Source: the human T2T-CHM13v2.0 reference genome, Homo sapiens. From it: 64,000 nucleotides of DNA. The stretch lies in NCBI RefSeq assembly GCF_009914755.1, contig NC_060943.1, one strand, 5' to 3'. Shown piece after piece: positions 22,320 to 38,935 of this stretch. The position numbers and the translations under genes were made by a program. Each line of letters starts with the position of its first letter. Within the stretch, counting starts at the first letter, position 1. A model generated the notes under the pieces. The model saw only the letters and a program-made list of their open reading frames with translations, had not been told where the DNA came from and searched no databases.

Positions 22320-23507
22320 CTTTTTTCGTTGTGTCTCTGCCAGGTTTCGGTATCAGAATGACTCTGACCTCATAGAATGAGTTAGAGAGCAGTTGCTCCT
22401 CCTCAATTGTGTGGAATAATTTCAGTAGGATTGGTGCCGGCTTTTCTTTACACATCTGGTAGGATTCGACTGTGAATCCGTCTAGTCTAAGGTTTTTTGT
22501 GCTGGTTGGTAGGTTTTGTATGACTAACTCAATTTTGGAACTCATCGTTGGTTTGTTCAGGGTTTCCATTTCTTCCTGGTTCAATCTTGAGAGGTTTTAT
22601 GTTTCCAGGAATTTCTCTATTTCTTCTAGTTTTCTAGTTTGTGTGCATAGACGCATGTGGAATAGTCTCAGGGTTTCTTGTATATCTCTGGGTCAGTGGA
22701 AATGTCACCTTTGTCATTTCTGATTGTGTTTATTTGGATCTTGTCTTTTTTTCTTTATTAATCTAGCTAGTGGTCTTCCCATGTTATTTATGCTTTCAAA
22801 AATATCAACTTTGTATGAATTAACAGCATTTGCCGTGACCTGGATGAGACCGGAGACTGTTATTCTAAGTGAAGTAAGTCAGGAATGGAAAACCAAACAT
22901 CGTATGTTCTCACTGATATGTGGGAGCTAAGCTATGAGGACGCAAAGGCGTAAGAATGATACAATGGACTTTGGGGACTTAGGGGGACGAGTTGGCGGGG
23001 GCGAGGGATAAAATACAACAAGTAGGGTGTAGTGTATACTGCTCAGGTGATGGGTGCACCAAAATCACAAATCACCACTAAAGAGCTTATGTAACCACAC
23101 ACCACCTGTACCCCAATAATTTATGGAATAAATAATAAATAAATAATTTTTTTAAAAAATCAACTTTGGGTTTCATTGATCTTTTGTATGGTTTTTTACG
23201 TCTCCATTTCATTCAGGTCAGCTCCGATGTTGGTTTTTTTTTTTCTTCTGCTAGCTTTGGGGTTGATTTGCTCTTGTTTTTCTAATTCCTCTAGGTGTGA
23301 TGTTAGGCGGTTCATTTGAGATCTTTCTAGCTTCTTAGTGTAGCCCTTTAGCACTAGAAACTTCCTTTGAGCACTGTTCTAGCTGTGTCCCAGAGATTCT
23401 GGGATGTTGTATGTTTGTTTTCATTAGTTTCAGATAATTTTTTTATTTCTGCCTTAATTTCAGTCTTTACCCAAAAGTCATTTGGAAGCAGGTTGTTTAA
23501 TTTCCAT
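22320..23507 (-). mobile_element. L1 ORF2 fragment (antisense), interrupted by a younger L1 3' end
   Basis: ORF 22312-22584 translates to [11 protein letters not shown]...DGFTVESYQ...PILLKLF...NSFYE...[12 protein letters not shown], a degenerate L1 ORF2p segment upstream of the RT domain. Confidence 0.9.
22814..23153 (+). mobile_element. 5'-truncated L1PB-like 3' end inserted into the antisense L1
   Basis: 'ctaagtgaagtaagtcaggaatggaaaaccaaacatcgtatgttctcactgatatgtgggagctaagc'. A-rich tail and flanking duplication aaa(t)atcaactttg at ~22800-22813 and ~23155-23168. Confidence 0.8.
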
Positions 23508-23517
23508 GCCGACTCTA

Positions 23518-23697
<180 letters not shown>

Positions 23698-24303
23698 TTA
23701 AGTTTGCATTTAGATCTCTTCTCCTTTGACCACTTTTAATTTATCTTCACTTCTGATATGACATTTAATTTTTCATTCATTTTCTGTCTATTATTGTTCC
23801 TTTTTTAACTTAAAAAAAATTCTGTACTTTATGAATTTCTGTTTCAAGGTGTTTTTCCCATCTCCAAATGCTTATTTGAAAATGTTTCCTTTCCTCTTGG
23901 TTCATTTCTTCTGGTGTGTGTGTGCGCGCGCCCGCGTGCATGTGTGTACTCGGGTCTCATTTTCTGCTTTCTTCCTGCAGTACTTCGTTTATGGGAGATG
24001 CACTTCGCTTTTCTTATTTTTTTAGTAGAGAGGGGGTTTCACTGGTTTAGCCAGAACAGTCTCGATCTCCTGACCTCGTGATCCGCCCACCTCGGGCTCC
24101 CAAAGTGCTGGGATTCCAGGAGTGAGCCACCGCGCCCGGCCGTCCACTTTGCTTCTTGCAGAGGCTGATGGTTTGAGTAATTTCCGAGATTCATAGCTCG
24201 AGCGCGCCCTGTTCTGTCTATGCAGTGAAGGGCAGCTTTTTGCATCCACGGCTTTTTGTTGGCAAGGAGGAATGTGCAGTGGCCAGATTTGTTTCTTCCC
24301 CTT

Positions 24304-24351
24304 TTGTTGCTGTTGTTGTTGTTGCTGCTGCTGTTATTGTTGTTGTTGTTG
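24304..24351 (+). repeat. Interrupted (TTG/CTG)n trinucleotide tract, one per unit
   Basis: tgttgctgttgttgttgttgctgctgctgttattgttgttgttgttg, with the same length in each unit. Confidence 0.9.
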
Positions 24352-24577
24352 TATTTTATTTTGTAGCATCCTAAAGTGTCCCCTCCTTCTATTTCTTATC
24401 CTTATCCAGGTAGGGTTTAGAAAAGCTAACTTCAGGGGCAGGGGAGAGAGAGAAAGAGAGGAGGAGAAAATGAGAATGAATGACAATACATGAACCCATG
24501 GGTCAACCTTTATTTCAAGGCAGCCCAAAAGGACGGCTCTCCCTTCTCTTTCACTCTCTTCTCTAGGTGTGAAGCTG

Positions 24578-25020
<443 letters not shown>

Positions 25021-25672
25021 GACACACACCTGTATCTTTTCTAAGACTGGGAGAATTTTACAATTGCTTGACTAATTGAACAGTGCCTCGAGGATGTTAC
25101 ACTAGGTTATAAATAAATTCCTGCCGTGTTTAGCTGAGGCACGAACACAATGCCCACTGACAATTCCACTTTCCTCGAGGGCCATTCTTTATGAAAGGCT
25201 GTAGGAGTTCCACGACATTGTTGATTCCTGGATTCTCCAAGTCTCTAGAACTTGAGAACTACTTTTGTGTATTTTTTTAACCTTTAAGTTCAGAGTTTCT
25301 AATGTCCGTTTTATACTACTATAAAATGGTACTATGTATTCTTTATTGATGGTACTATTTACACTTTATTTTATACAGACTCTGGCTCCACAAAAAGGTT
25401 AAAAATTAGCCAGGTGCAGTGGTGCACATCTGCGGCCCCAGCTACTCAGGAGGCTGAGGCAGAAGGATTGCTTGAGCTCGGATGGTCAGGGCTGCAATGA
25501 GCTATGATCACACATCACATCAATGCACTCCAGCCTGGGCAACAGAGTGAGACCCTGTCTCTAAAAGAATAGAAGAGGCTGGGCGCGGTGGCTCACGCCT
25601 GTCATCCTACCACTTTGGGAGACCAAGGCGAGTGGATCATTTGAGGCCAGGTGTTCAAGACCAGCCTGGTCA

Positions 25673-25915
<243 letters not shown>

Positions 25916-25944
25916 TTATGTTTTGTCGTTATATTGGGAACGAT

Positions 25945-26065
25945 AAAAAAAATCCTTTTTTCCGACCCATGTGGACCAGGCTGGCCTCGAACTCGTGCCC
26001 TGGAACCCCCGCCTCCGTGAGGGCCCGACGGCAGGCGCAACCGGCCTGAGCCACAATGGCTCCGG
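25945..26065 (-). ncRNA. SNAR-A: snaR-A copy 2 (G37)
   Basis: Identical to copy 1. Confidence 0.95.
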
Positions 26066-26354
26066 GTGTCGGGGCTGTCCTTTAGTCCCTTTGATCTTAC
26101 GCAGGGTGAGGGAGCCAATCACCAGAGGCTCCCCCCTGTCGTCACCCAGTCCCCAGGGCCAGTGAGGGCCCTGCGTTCCATGGCGCCCCCTGGAGGGAGG
26201 AAGGGGAACTGTATCTGAGAGTTCAGTATCTGACAATAAGGAAAAGGCATGGTAGATCAGATGGTGCCTAGTGTTCTGGGGAGAAGAAACAACGGGGTTG
26301 GGGAATGCGGAGTTGCAGTTTATAATACAGGCCTCATGTATAAGGCAGACCTCA

Positions 26355-26759
<405 letters not shown>

Positions 26760-27891
26760 TTAAGTTTGCATTTAGATCTCTTCTCCTTTGACCACTTTTA
26801 ATTTATCTTCACTTCTGATATGACATTTAATTTTTCATTCATTTTCTGTCTATTATTGTTCGTTTTTTAACTTAAAAAAAATTCTGTACTTTATGAATTT
26901 CTGTTTCAAGGTGTTTTTCCCATCTCCAAATGCTTATTTGGAAATGTTTCCTTTCCTCTTGGTTCATTTCTTCTGGTGTGTGTGTGCGCGCGCCCGCGTG
27001 CATGTGTGTACTCGGGTCTCATTTTCTGCTTTCTTCCTGCAGTACCTCGTTTATGGGAGATGCACTTCGCTTTTCTTATTTTTTTAGTAGAGAGGGGGTT
27101 TCACTGGTTTAGCCAGAACAGTCTCGATCTCCTGACCTTGTGATCCGCCCACCTCGGGCTCCCAAAGTGCTGGGATTCCAGGAGTGAGCCACCGTGCCCG
27201 GCCGTCCACTTTGCTTCTTGCAGAGGCTGATGGTTTGAGTAATTTCCGAGATTCATAGCTCGAGCGCGCCCTGTTCTGTCTATGCAGTGAAGGGCAGCTT
27301 TTTGCATCCACGGCTTTTTGTTGGCAAGGAGGAATGTGCAGTGGCCAGATTTGTTTCTTCCCCTTTTGTTGCTGTTGTTGTTGTTGCTGCTGCTGTTATT
27401 GTTGTTGTTGTTGTATTTTATTTTGTAGCATCCTAAAGTGTCCCCTCCTTCTATTTCTTATCCTTATCCAGGTAGGGTTTAGAAAAGCTAACTTCAGGGG
27501 CAGGGGAGAGAGAGAAAGAGAGGAGGAGAAAATGAGAATGAATGACAATACATGAACCCATGGGTCAACCTTTATTTCAAGGCAGCCCAAAAGGACGGCT
27601 CTCCCTTCTCTTTCACTCTCTTCTCTAGGTGTGAAGCTGATGCAGCACAGGCGAGCCCCAAAATTGAGGCTTAGCCCGGGGGGGTTCTTGGCTTCTCCTA
27701 GAAACTAATTCAAGAAGCCGGGCGCAGTGGCTCACGCCTGTAATCCCAGCACTTTGGGAGGCTGAGGCGGATGGATCACTTGAGGTAAGGAGTTCGAGAC
27801 CAGCCTGGCCAACATGGTGAAACCCCATCTCTACTAAATATACAAAAATTACCCGGGCATGGGGACGGGTGCCTGTAATCCCAGCTGTTCA

Positions 27892-28014
<123 letters not shown>

Positions 28015-28734
28015 TCAAGGGCAGGCCGGTGGTTTTAGACGGCAACCTTTACCGAAGCCTCAGTGCACAGCCACAGCAGAGGGACACACACCTGTATCTT
28101 TTCTAAGACTGGGAGAATTTTACAATTGCTTGACTAATTGAACAGTGCCTCGAGGATGTTACACTAGGTTATAAATAAATTCCTGCCGTGTTTAGCTGAG
28201 GCACGAACACAATGCCCACTGACAATTCCACTTTCCTCGAGGGCCATTCTTTATGAAAGGCTGTAGGAGTTCCACGACATTGTTGATTCCTGGATTCTCC
28301 AAGTCTCTAGAACTTGAGAACTACTTTTGTGTATTTTTTTAACCTTTAAGTTCAGAGTTTCTAATGTCCGTTTTATACTACTATAAAATGGTACTATGTA
28401 TTCTTTATTGATGGTACTATTTACACTTTATTTTATACAGACTCTGGCTCCACAAAAAGGTTAAAAATTAGCCAGGTGCAGTGGTGCACATCTGCGGCCC
28501 CAGCTACTCAGGAGGCTGAGGCAGAAGGATTGCTTGAGCTCGGATGGTCAGGGCTGCAATGAGCTATGATCACACATCACATCAATGCACTCCAGCCTGG
28601 GCAACGGAGTGAGACCCTGTCTCTAAAAGAATAGAAGAGGCTGGGCGCGGTGGCTCACGCCTGTCATCCTACCACTTTGGGAGACCAAGGCGAGTGGATC
28701 ATTTGAGGCCAGGTGTTCAAGACCAGCCTGGTCA

Positions 28735-28938
<204 letters not shown>

Positions 28939-29007
28939 TTAGGAAGATGTCATTTCTTCCTATCAAGGCGTCCTCCCTTTATGTTTTGTCGTTATATTGG
29001 GAACGAT

Positions 29008-29128
29008 AAAAAAAATCCTTTTTTCCGACCCATGTGGACCAGGCTGGCCTCGAACTCGTGCCCTGGAACCCCCGCCTCCGTGAGGGCCCGAGGGCAGGCG
29101 CAACCGGCCTGAGCCACAATGGCTCCGG
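29008..29128 (-). ncRNA. SNAR-A: snaR-A copy 3 (C37)
   Basis: As copy 1 but reads CCTGCCCTCGGG. Confidence 0.95.
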
Positions 29129-29417
29129 GTGTCGGGGCTGTCCTTTAGTCCCTTTGATCTTACGCAGGGTGAGGGAGCCAATCACCAGAGGCTCCCCCCT
29201 GTCGTCACCCAGTCCCCAGGGCCAGTGAGGGCCCTGCGTTCCATGGCGCCCCCTGGAGGGAGGAAGGGGAACTGTATCTGAGAGTTCAGTATCTGACAAT
29301 AAGGAAAAGGCATGGTAGATCAGATGGTGCCTAGTGTTCTGGGGAGAAGAAACAACGGGGTTGGGGAATGCGGAGTTGCAGTTTATAATACAGGCCTCAT
29401 GTATAAGGCAGACCTCA

Positions 29418-29867
<450 letters not shown>

Positions 29868-30957
29868 TTATCTTCACTTCTGATATGACATTTAATTTTT
29901 CATTCATTTTCTGTCTATTATTGTTCGTTTTTTAACTTAAAAAAAAATTCTGTACTTTATGAATTTCTGTTTCAAGGTGTTTTTCCCATCTCCAAATGCT
30001 TATTTGGAAATGTTTCCTTTCCTCTTGGTTCATTTCTTCTGGTGTGTGTGTGCGCGCGCCCGCGTGCATGTGTGTACTCGGGTCTCATTTTCTGCTTTCT
30101 TCCTGCAGTACCTCGTTTATGGGAGATGCACTTCGCTTTTCTTATTTTTTTAGTAGAGAGGGGGTTTCACTGGTTTAGCCAGAACAGTCTCGATCTCCTG
30201 ACCTCGTGATCCGCCCACCTCGGGCTCCCAAAGTGCTGGGATTCCAGGAGTGAGCCACCGTGCCCGGCCGTCCACTTTGCTTCTTGCAGAGGCTGATGGT
30301 TTGAGTAATTTCCGAGATTCATAGCTCGAGCGCGCCCTGTTCTGTCTATGCAGTGAAGGGCAGCTTTTTGCATCCGCGGCTTTTTGTTGGCAAGGAGGAA
30401 TGTGCAGTGGCCAGATTTGTTTCTTCCCCTTTTGTTGCTGTTGTTGTTGTTGCTGCTGCTGTTATTGTTGTTGTTGTTGTATTTTATTTTGTAGCATCCT
30501 AAAGTGTCCCCTCCTTCTATTTCTTATCCTTATCCAGGTAGGGTTTAGAAAAGCTAACTTCAGGGGCAGGGGAGAGAGAGAAAGAGAGGAAGAGAAAATG
30601 AGAATGAATGACAATACATGAACCCATGGGTCAACCTTTATTTCAAGGCAGCCCAAAAGGACGGCTCTCCCTTCTCTTTCACTCTCTTCTCTAGGTGTGA
30701 AGCTGATGCAGCACAGGCGAGCCCCAAAATTGAGGCTTAGCCCGGGGGGGTTCTTGGCTTCTCCTAGAAACTAATTCAAGAAGCCGGGCGCAGTGGCTCA
30801 CGCCTGTAATCCCAGCACTTTGGGAGGCTGAGGCGGATGGATCACTTGAGGTAAGGAGTTCGAGACCAGCCTGGCCAACATGGTGAAACCCCATCTCTAC
30901 TAAATATACAAAAATTACCCGGGCATGGGGACGGGTGCCTGTAATCCCAGCTGTTCA

Positions 30958-31080
<123 letters not shown>

Positions 31081-31800
31081 TCAAGGGCAGGCCGGTGGTT
31101 TTAGACGGCAACCTTTACCGAAGCCTCAGTGCACAGCCACAGCAGAGGGACACACACCTGTATCTTTTCTAAGACTGGGAGAATTTTACAATTGCTTGAC
31201 TAATTGAACAGTGCCTCGAGGATGTTACACTAGGTTATAAATAAATTCCTGCCGTGTTTAGCTGAGGCACGAACACAATGCCCACTGACAATTCCACTTT
31301 CCTCGAGGGCCATTCTTTATGAAAGGCTGTAGGAGTTCCACGACATTGTTGATTCCTGGATTCTCCAAGTCTCTAGAACTTGAGAACTACTTTTGTGTAT
31401 TTTTTTAACCTTTAAGTTCAGAGTTTCTAATGTCCGTTTTATACTACTATAAAATGGTACTATGTATTCTTTATTGATGGTACTATTTACACTTTATTTT
31501 ATACAGACTCTGGCTCCACAAAAAGGTTAAAAATTAGCCAGGTGCAGTGGTGCACATCTGCGGCCGCAGCTACTCAGGAGGCTGAGGCAGAAGGATTGCT
31601 TGAGCTCGGATGGTCAGGGCTGCAATGAGCTATGATCACACATCACATCAATGCACTCCAGCCTGGGCAACGGAGTGAGACCCTGTCTCTAAAAGAATAG
31701 AAGAGGCTGGGCGCGGTGGCTCACGCCTGTCATCCTACCACTTTGGGAGACCAAGGCGAGTGGATCATTTGAGGCCAGGTGTTCAAGACCAGCCTGGTCA

Positions 31801-32043
<243 letters not shown>

Positions 32044-32072
32044 TTATGTTTTGTCGTTATATTGGGAACGAT

Positions 32073-32193
32073 AAAAAAAATCCTTTTTTCCGACCCATGT
32101 GGACCAGGCTGGCCTCGAACTCGTGCCCTGGAACCCCCGCCTCCGTGAGGGCCCGAGGGCAGGCGCAACCGGCCTGAGCCACAATGGCTCCGG
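32073..32193 (-). ncRNA. SNAR-A: snaR-A copy 4 (C37)
   Basis: Same as copy 3. Confidence 0.95.
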
Positions 32194-33267
32194 GTGTCGG
32201 GGCTGTCCTTTAGTCCCTTTGATCTTACGCAGGGTGAGGGAGCCAATCACCAGAGGCTCCCCCCTGTCGTCACCCAGTCCCCAGGGCCAGTGAGGGCCCT
32301 GCGTTCCATGGCGCCCCCTGGAGGGAGGAAGGGGAACTGTATCTGAGAGTTCAGTATCTGACAATAAGGAAAAGGCATAGTAGATCAGATGGTGCCTAGT
32401 GTTCTGGGGAGAAGAAACAACGGGGTTGGGGAATGCGGAGTTGCAGTTTATAATACAGGCCTCATGTATAAGGCAGACCTCATGGGGAAGGTAACATCTG
32501 TGCAGAGAAATGGAGATGAGGGCTAGGAGCCATGCAAATACTGGAACATGCTTGCCAGCAGAAGTCGAGAAACATGGCCGGCGCAGTGGCCCACACCTGT
32601 AATCCCAGGACTTTGGGAGGCCGAGGCAGGTAGATCACGAGGTCAGCAGTTCGAGACCAGCCCGGCCAACATGGTGAAACCCTGTCTCTACTAAAAATAC
32701 AAAAATTAGCTGGGTGTGGTGGCACACGCCTGTAATCCCAGCCACTTGGGAGGGTGAGGTAGGAGAATCGCTTGAACCTGGGAGGTAGAGGTTGCAGTGA
32801 TGCAGTGAGCCGAGACCACGCCATTGTACTCTCGCCTGGGCGACAGAGCGAGACTCCATCTGAAAAAAAAAAAAAAAAAAAAAAAAAAGCAAAAACAAAC
32901 AGGTGAGATTCATTTTGATAAAATAGCTGATTTAACCTAATATACCTAAAACATCATAATTTTAACATAATCAATAGAAACATTTTTGCAAGATTTTATG
33001 TTATTTTTTACCATACGACGTCTTGGAAATCTTGGTTTGGACCAGCCATGTTCAACTGCTCAGTAGCCATGTGTGGCCAGAGGCGGCCGTATTGGACAGT
33101 GCAGATGGTGCATGAGGGTGTTCGGGCAGTGGGAACAGCCAGTACAGAGGCCCTGTGGGGGCACATGCCTGCTGCTACGGGAACAGTGAGGAGCCCCGTG
33201 TGGCTGCAGTGGAGTGAGAGGGAGAAGGTGGGAGATGTAACCAACAGTCTCATCATTCATTCATTAA

Positions 33268-33588
<321 letters not shown>

Positions 33589-34990
33589 TAGTTGAATAAA
33601 GAAGACACCGGAGTTTGTTCTGTATCTTCTCCTTTCAAATTCTGTGCCATTTGAATTTTTTCCTATTCCTTTTATATATTTTTAATTGACAAATTGTACA
33701 TATTTATCATGTACATATTGTTTTGAAATATGTATATACCGTAGAATGGCTAAATCAAGATCATTAACATATGTATTACTTTACCTATTTTCCTTTTTTC
33801 GTTGTGTCTCTGCCAGGTTTCGGTATCAGAATGACTCTGACCTCATAGAATGAGTTAGAGAGCAGTTGCTCCTCCTCAATTGTGTGGAATAATTTCAGTA
33901 GGATTGGTGCCGGCTTTTCTTTACACATCTGGTAGGATTCGACTGTGAATCCGTCTAGTCTAAGGTTTTTTGTGCTGGTTGGTAGGTTTTGTATGACTAA
34001 CTCAATTTTGGAACTCATCGTTGGTTTGTTCAGGGTTTCCATTTCTTCCTGGTTCAATCTTGAGAGGTTTTATGTTTCCAGGAATTTCTCTATTTCTTCT
34101 AGTTTTCTAGTTTGTGTGCATAGACGCATGTGGAATAGTCTCAGGGTTTCTTGTATATCTCTGGGTCAGTGGAAATGTCACCTTTGTCATTTCTGATTGT
34201 GTTTATTTGGATCTTGTCTTTTTTTCTTTATTAATCTAGCTAGTGGTCTTCCCATGTTATTTATGCTTTCAAAAATATCAACTTTGTATGAATTAACAGC
34301 ATTTGCCGTGACCTGGATGAGACCGGAGACTGTTATTCTAAGTGAAGTAAGTCAGGAATGGAAAACCAAACATCGTATGTTCTCACTGATATGTGGGAGC
34401 TAAGCTATGAGGACGCAAAGGCGTAAGAATGATACAATGGACTTTGGGGACTTAGGGGGACGAGTTGGCGGGGGCGAGGGATAAAATACAACAAGTAGGG
34501 TGTAGTGTATACTGCTCAGGTGATGGGTGCACCAAAATCACAAATCACCACTAAAGAGCTTATGTAACCACACACCACCTGTACCCCAATAATTTATGGA
34601 ATAAATAATAAATAAATAATTTTTTTAAAAAATCAACTTTGGGTTTCATTGATCTTTTGTATGGTTTTTTACGTCTCCATTTCATTCAGGTCAGCTCCGA
34701 TGTTGGTTTTTTTTTTTCTTCTGCTAGCTTTGGGGTTGATTTGCTCTTGTTTTTCTAATTCCTCTAGGTGTGATGTTAGGCGGTTCATTTGAGATCTTTC
34801 TAGCTTCTTAGTGTAGCCCTTTAGCACTAGAAACTTCCTTTGAGCACTGTTCTAGCTGTGTCCCAGAGATTCTGGGATGTTGTATGTTTGTTTTCATTAG
34901 TTTCAGATAATTTTTTTATTTCTGCCTTAATTTCAGTCTTTACCCAAAAGTCATTTGGAAGCAGGTTGTTTAATTTCCATGCCGACTCTA

Positions 34991-35170
<180 letters not shown>

Positions 35171-36303
35171 TTAAGTTTGCATTTAGATCTCTTCTCCTTT
35201 GACCACTTTTAATTTATCTTCACTTCTGATATGACATTTAATTTTTCATTCATTTTCTGTCTATTATTGTTCCTTTTTTAACTTAAAAAAAAATTCTGTA
35301 CTTTATGAATTTCTGTTTCAAGGTGTTTTTCCCATCTCCAAATGCTTATTTGAAAATGTTTCCTTTCCTCTTGGTTCATTTCTTCTGGTGTGTGTGTGCG
35401 CGCGCCGGCGTGCATGTGTGTACTCGGGTCTCATTTTCTGCTTTCTTCCTGCAGTACCTCGTTTATGGGAGATGCACTTCGCTTTTCTTATTTTTTTAGT
35501 AGAGAGGGGGTTTCACTGGTTTAGCCAGAACAGTCTCGATCTCCTGACCTCGTGATCCGCCCACCTCGGGCTCCCAAAGTGCTGGGATTCCAGGAGTGAG
35601 CCACCGCGCCCGGCCGTCCACTTTGCTTCTTGCAGAGGCTGATGGTTTGAGTAATTTCCGAGATTCATAGCTCGAGCGCGCCCTGTTCTGTCTATGCAGT
35701 GAAGGGCAGCTTTTTGCATCCACGGCTTTTTGTTGGCAAGGAGGAATGTGCAGTGGCCAGATTTGTTTCTTCCCCTTTTGTTGCTGTTGTTGTTGTTGCT
35801 GCTGCTGTTATTGTTGTTGTTGTTGTATTTTATTTTGTAGCATCCTAAAGTGTCCCCTCCTTCTATTTCTTATCCTTATCCAGGTAGGGTGTAGAAAAGC
35901 TAACTTCAGGGGCAGGGGAGAGAGAGAAAGAGAGGAGGAGAAAATGAGAATGAATGACAATACATGAACCCATGGGTCAACCTTTATTTCAAGGCAGCCC
36001 AAAAGGACGGCTCTCCCTTCTCTTTCACTCTCTTCTCTAGGTGTGAAGCTGATGCAGCACAGGCGAGCCCCAAAATTGAGGCTTAGCCCGGGGGGGTTCT
36101 TGGCTTCTCCTAGAAACTAATTCAAGAAGCCGGGCGCAGTGGCTCACGCCTGTAATCCCAGCACTTTGGGAGGCTGAGGCGGATGGATCACTTGAGGTAA
36201 GGAGTTCGAGACCAGCCTGGCCAACATGGTGAAACCCCATCTCTACTAAATATACAAAAATTACCCGGGCATGGGGACGGGTGCCTGTAATCCCAGCTGT
36301 TCA

Positions 36304-36426
<123 letters not shown>

Positions 36427-37146
36427 TCAAGGGCAGGCCGGTGGTTTTAGACGGCAACCTTTACCGAAGCCTCAGTGCACAGCCACAGCAGAGGGACACA
36501 CACCTGTATCTTTTCTAAGACTGGGAGAATTTTACAATTGCTTGACTAATTGAACAGTGCCTCGAGGATGTTACACTAGGTTATAAATAAATTCCTGCCG
36601 TGTTTAGCTGAGGCACGAACACAATGCCCACTGACAATTCCACTTTCCTCGAGGGCCATTCTTTATGAAAGGCTGTAGGAGTTCCACGACATTGTTGATT
36701 CCTGGATTCTCCAAGTCTCTAGAACTTGAGAACTACTTTTGTGTATTTTTTTAACCTTTAAGTTCAGAGTTTCTAATGTCCGTTTTATACTACTATAAAA
36801 TGGTACTATGTATTCTTTATTGATGGTACTATTTACACTTTATTTTATACAGACTCTGGCTCCACAAAAAGGTTAAAAATTAGCCAGGTGCAGTGGTGCA
36901 CATCTGCGGCCCCAGCTACTCAGGAGGCTGAGGCAGAAGGATTGCTTGAGCTCGGATGGTCAGGGCTGCAATGAGCTATGATCACACATCACATCAATGC
37001 ACTCCAGCCTGGGCAACAGAGTGAGACCCTGTCTCTAAAAGAATAGAAGAGGCTGGGCGCGGTGGCTCACGCCTGTCATCCTACCACTTTGGGAGACCAA
37101 GGCGAGTGGATCATTTGAGGCCAGGTGTTCAAGACCAGCCTGGTCA

Positions 37147-37389
<243 letters not shown>

Positions 37390-37418
37390 TTATGTTTTGT
37401 CGTTATATTGGGAACGAT

Positions 37419-37539
37419 AAAAAAAATCCTTTTTTCCGACCCATGTGGACCAGGCTGGCCTCGAACTCGTGCCCTGGAACCCCCGCCTCCGTGAGGGCCC
37501 GACGGCAGGCGCAACCGGCCTGAGCCACAATGGCTCCGG
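37419..37539 (-). ncRNA. SNAR-A: snaR-A copy 5 (G37)
   Basis: Same as copy 1. Confidence 0.95.
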
Positions 37540-38614
37540 GTGTCGGGGCTGTCCTTTAGTCCCTTTGATCTTACGCAGGGTGAGGGAGCCAATCACCAGA
37601 GGCTCCCCCCTGTCGTCACCCAGTCCCCAGGGCCAGTGAGGGCCCTGCGTTCCATGGCGCCCCCTGGAGGGAGGAAGGGGAACTGTATCTGAGAGTTCAG
37701 TATCTGACAATAAGGAAAAGGCATAGTAGATCAGATGGTGCCTAGTGTTCTGGGGAGAAGAAACAACGGGGTTGGGGAATGCGGAGTTGCAGTTTATAAT
37801 ACAGGCCTCATGTATAAGGCAGACCTCATGGGGAAGGTAACATCTGTGCAGAGAAATGGAGATGAGGGCTAGGAGCCATGCAAATACTGGAACATGCTTG
37901 CCAGCAGAAGTCGAGAAACATGGCCGGCGCAGTGGCCCACACCTGTAATCCCAGGACTTTGGGAGGCCGAGGCAGGTAGATCACGAGGTCAGCAGTTCGA
38001 GACCAGCCCGGCCAACATGGTGAAACCCTGTCTCTACTAAAAATACAAAAATTAGCTGGGTGTGGTGGCACACGCCTGTAATCCCAGCCACTTGGGAGGG
38101 TGAGGTAGGAGAATCGCTTGAACCTGGGAGGTAGAGGTTGCAGTGATGCAGTGAGCCGAGACCACGCCATTGTACTCTCGCCTGGGCGACAGAGCGAGAC
38201 TCCATCTGAAAAAAAAAAAAAAAAAAAAAAAAAAAGCAAAAACAAACAGGTGAGATTCATTTTGATAAAATAGCTGATTTAACCTAATATACCTAAAACA
38301 TCATAATTTTAACATAATCAATAGAAACATTTTTGCAAGATTTTATGTTATTTTTTACCATACGACGTCTTGGAAATCTTGGTTTGGACCAGCCATGTTC
38401 AACTGCTCAGTAGCCATGTGTGGCCAGAGGCGGCCGTATTGGACAGTGCAGATGGTGCATGAGGGTGTTCGGGCAGTGGGAACAGCCAGTACAGAGGCCC
38501 TGTGGGGGCACATGCCTGCTGCTACGGGAACAGTGAGGAGCCCCGTGTGGCTGCAGTGGAGTGAGAGGGAGAAGGTGGGAGATGTAACCAACAGTCTCAT
38601 CATTCATTCATTAA

Positions 38615-38935
<321 letters not shown>

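Noticed and set aside
22312-22584. Reverse-transcriptase-related ORF as an active enzyme next to repeats
   Set aside because: A short degenerate L1 ORF2 fragment, interrupted by another L1 and absent from short units.
24272-24493. Poly-cysteine ORF (MCSGQICFFPFCCCC...) repeated in each unit
   Set aside because: Simply the translation of the TTG/CTG microsatellite; no splice or domain support.
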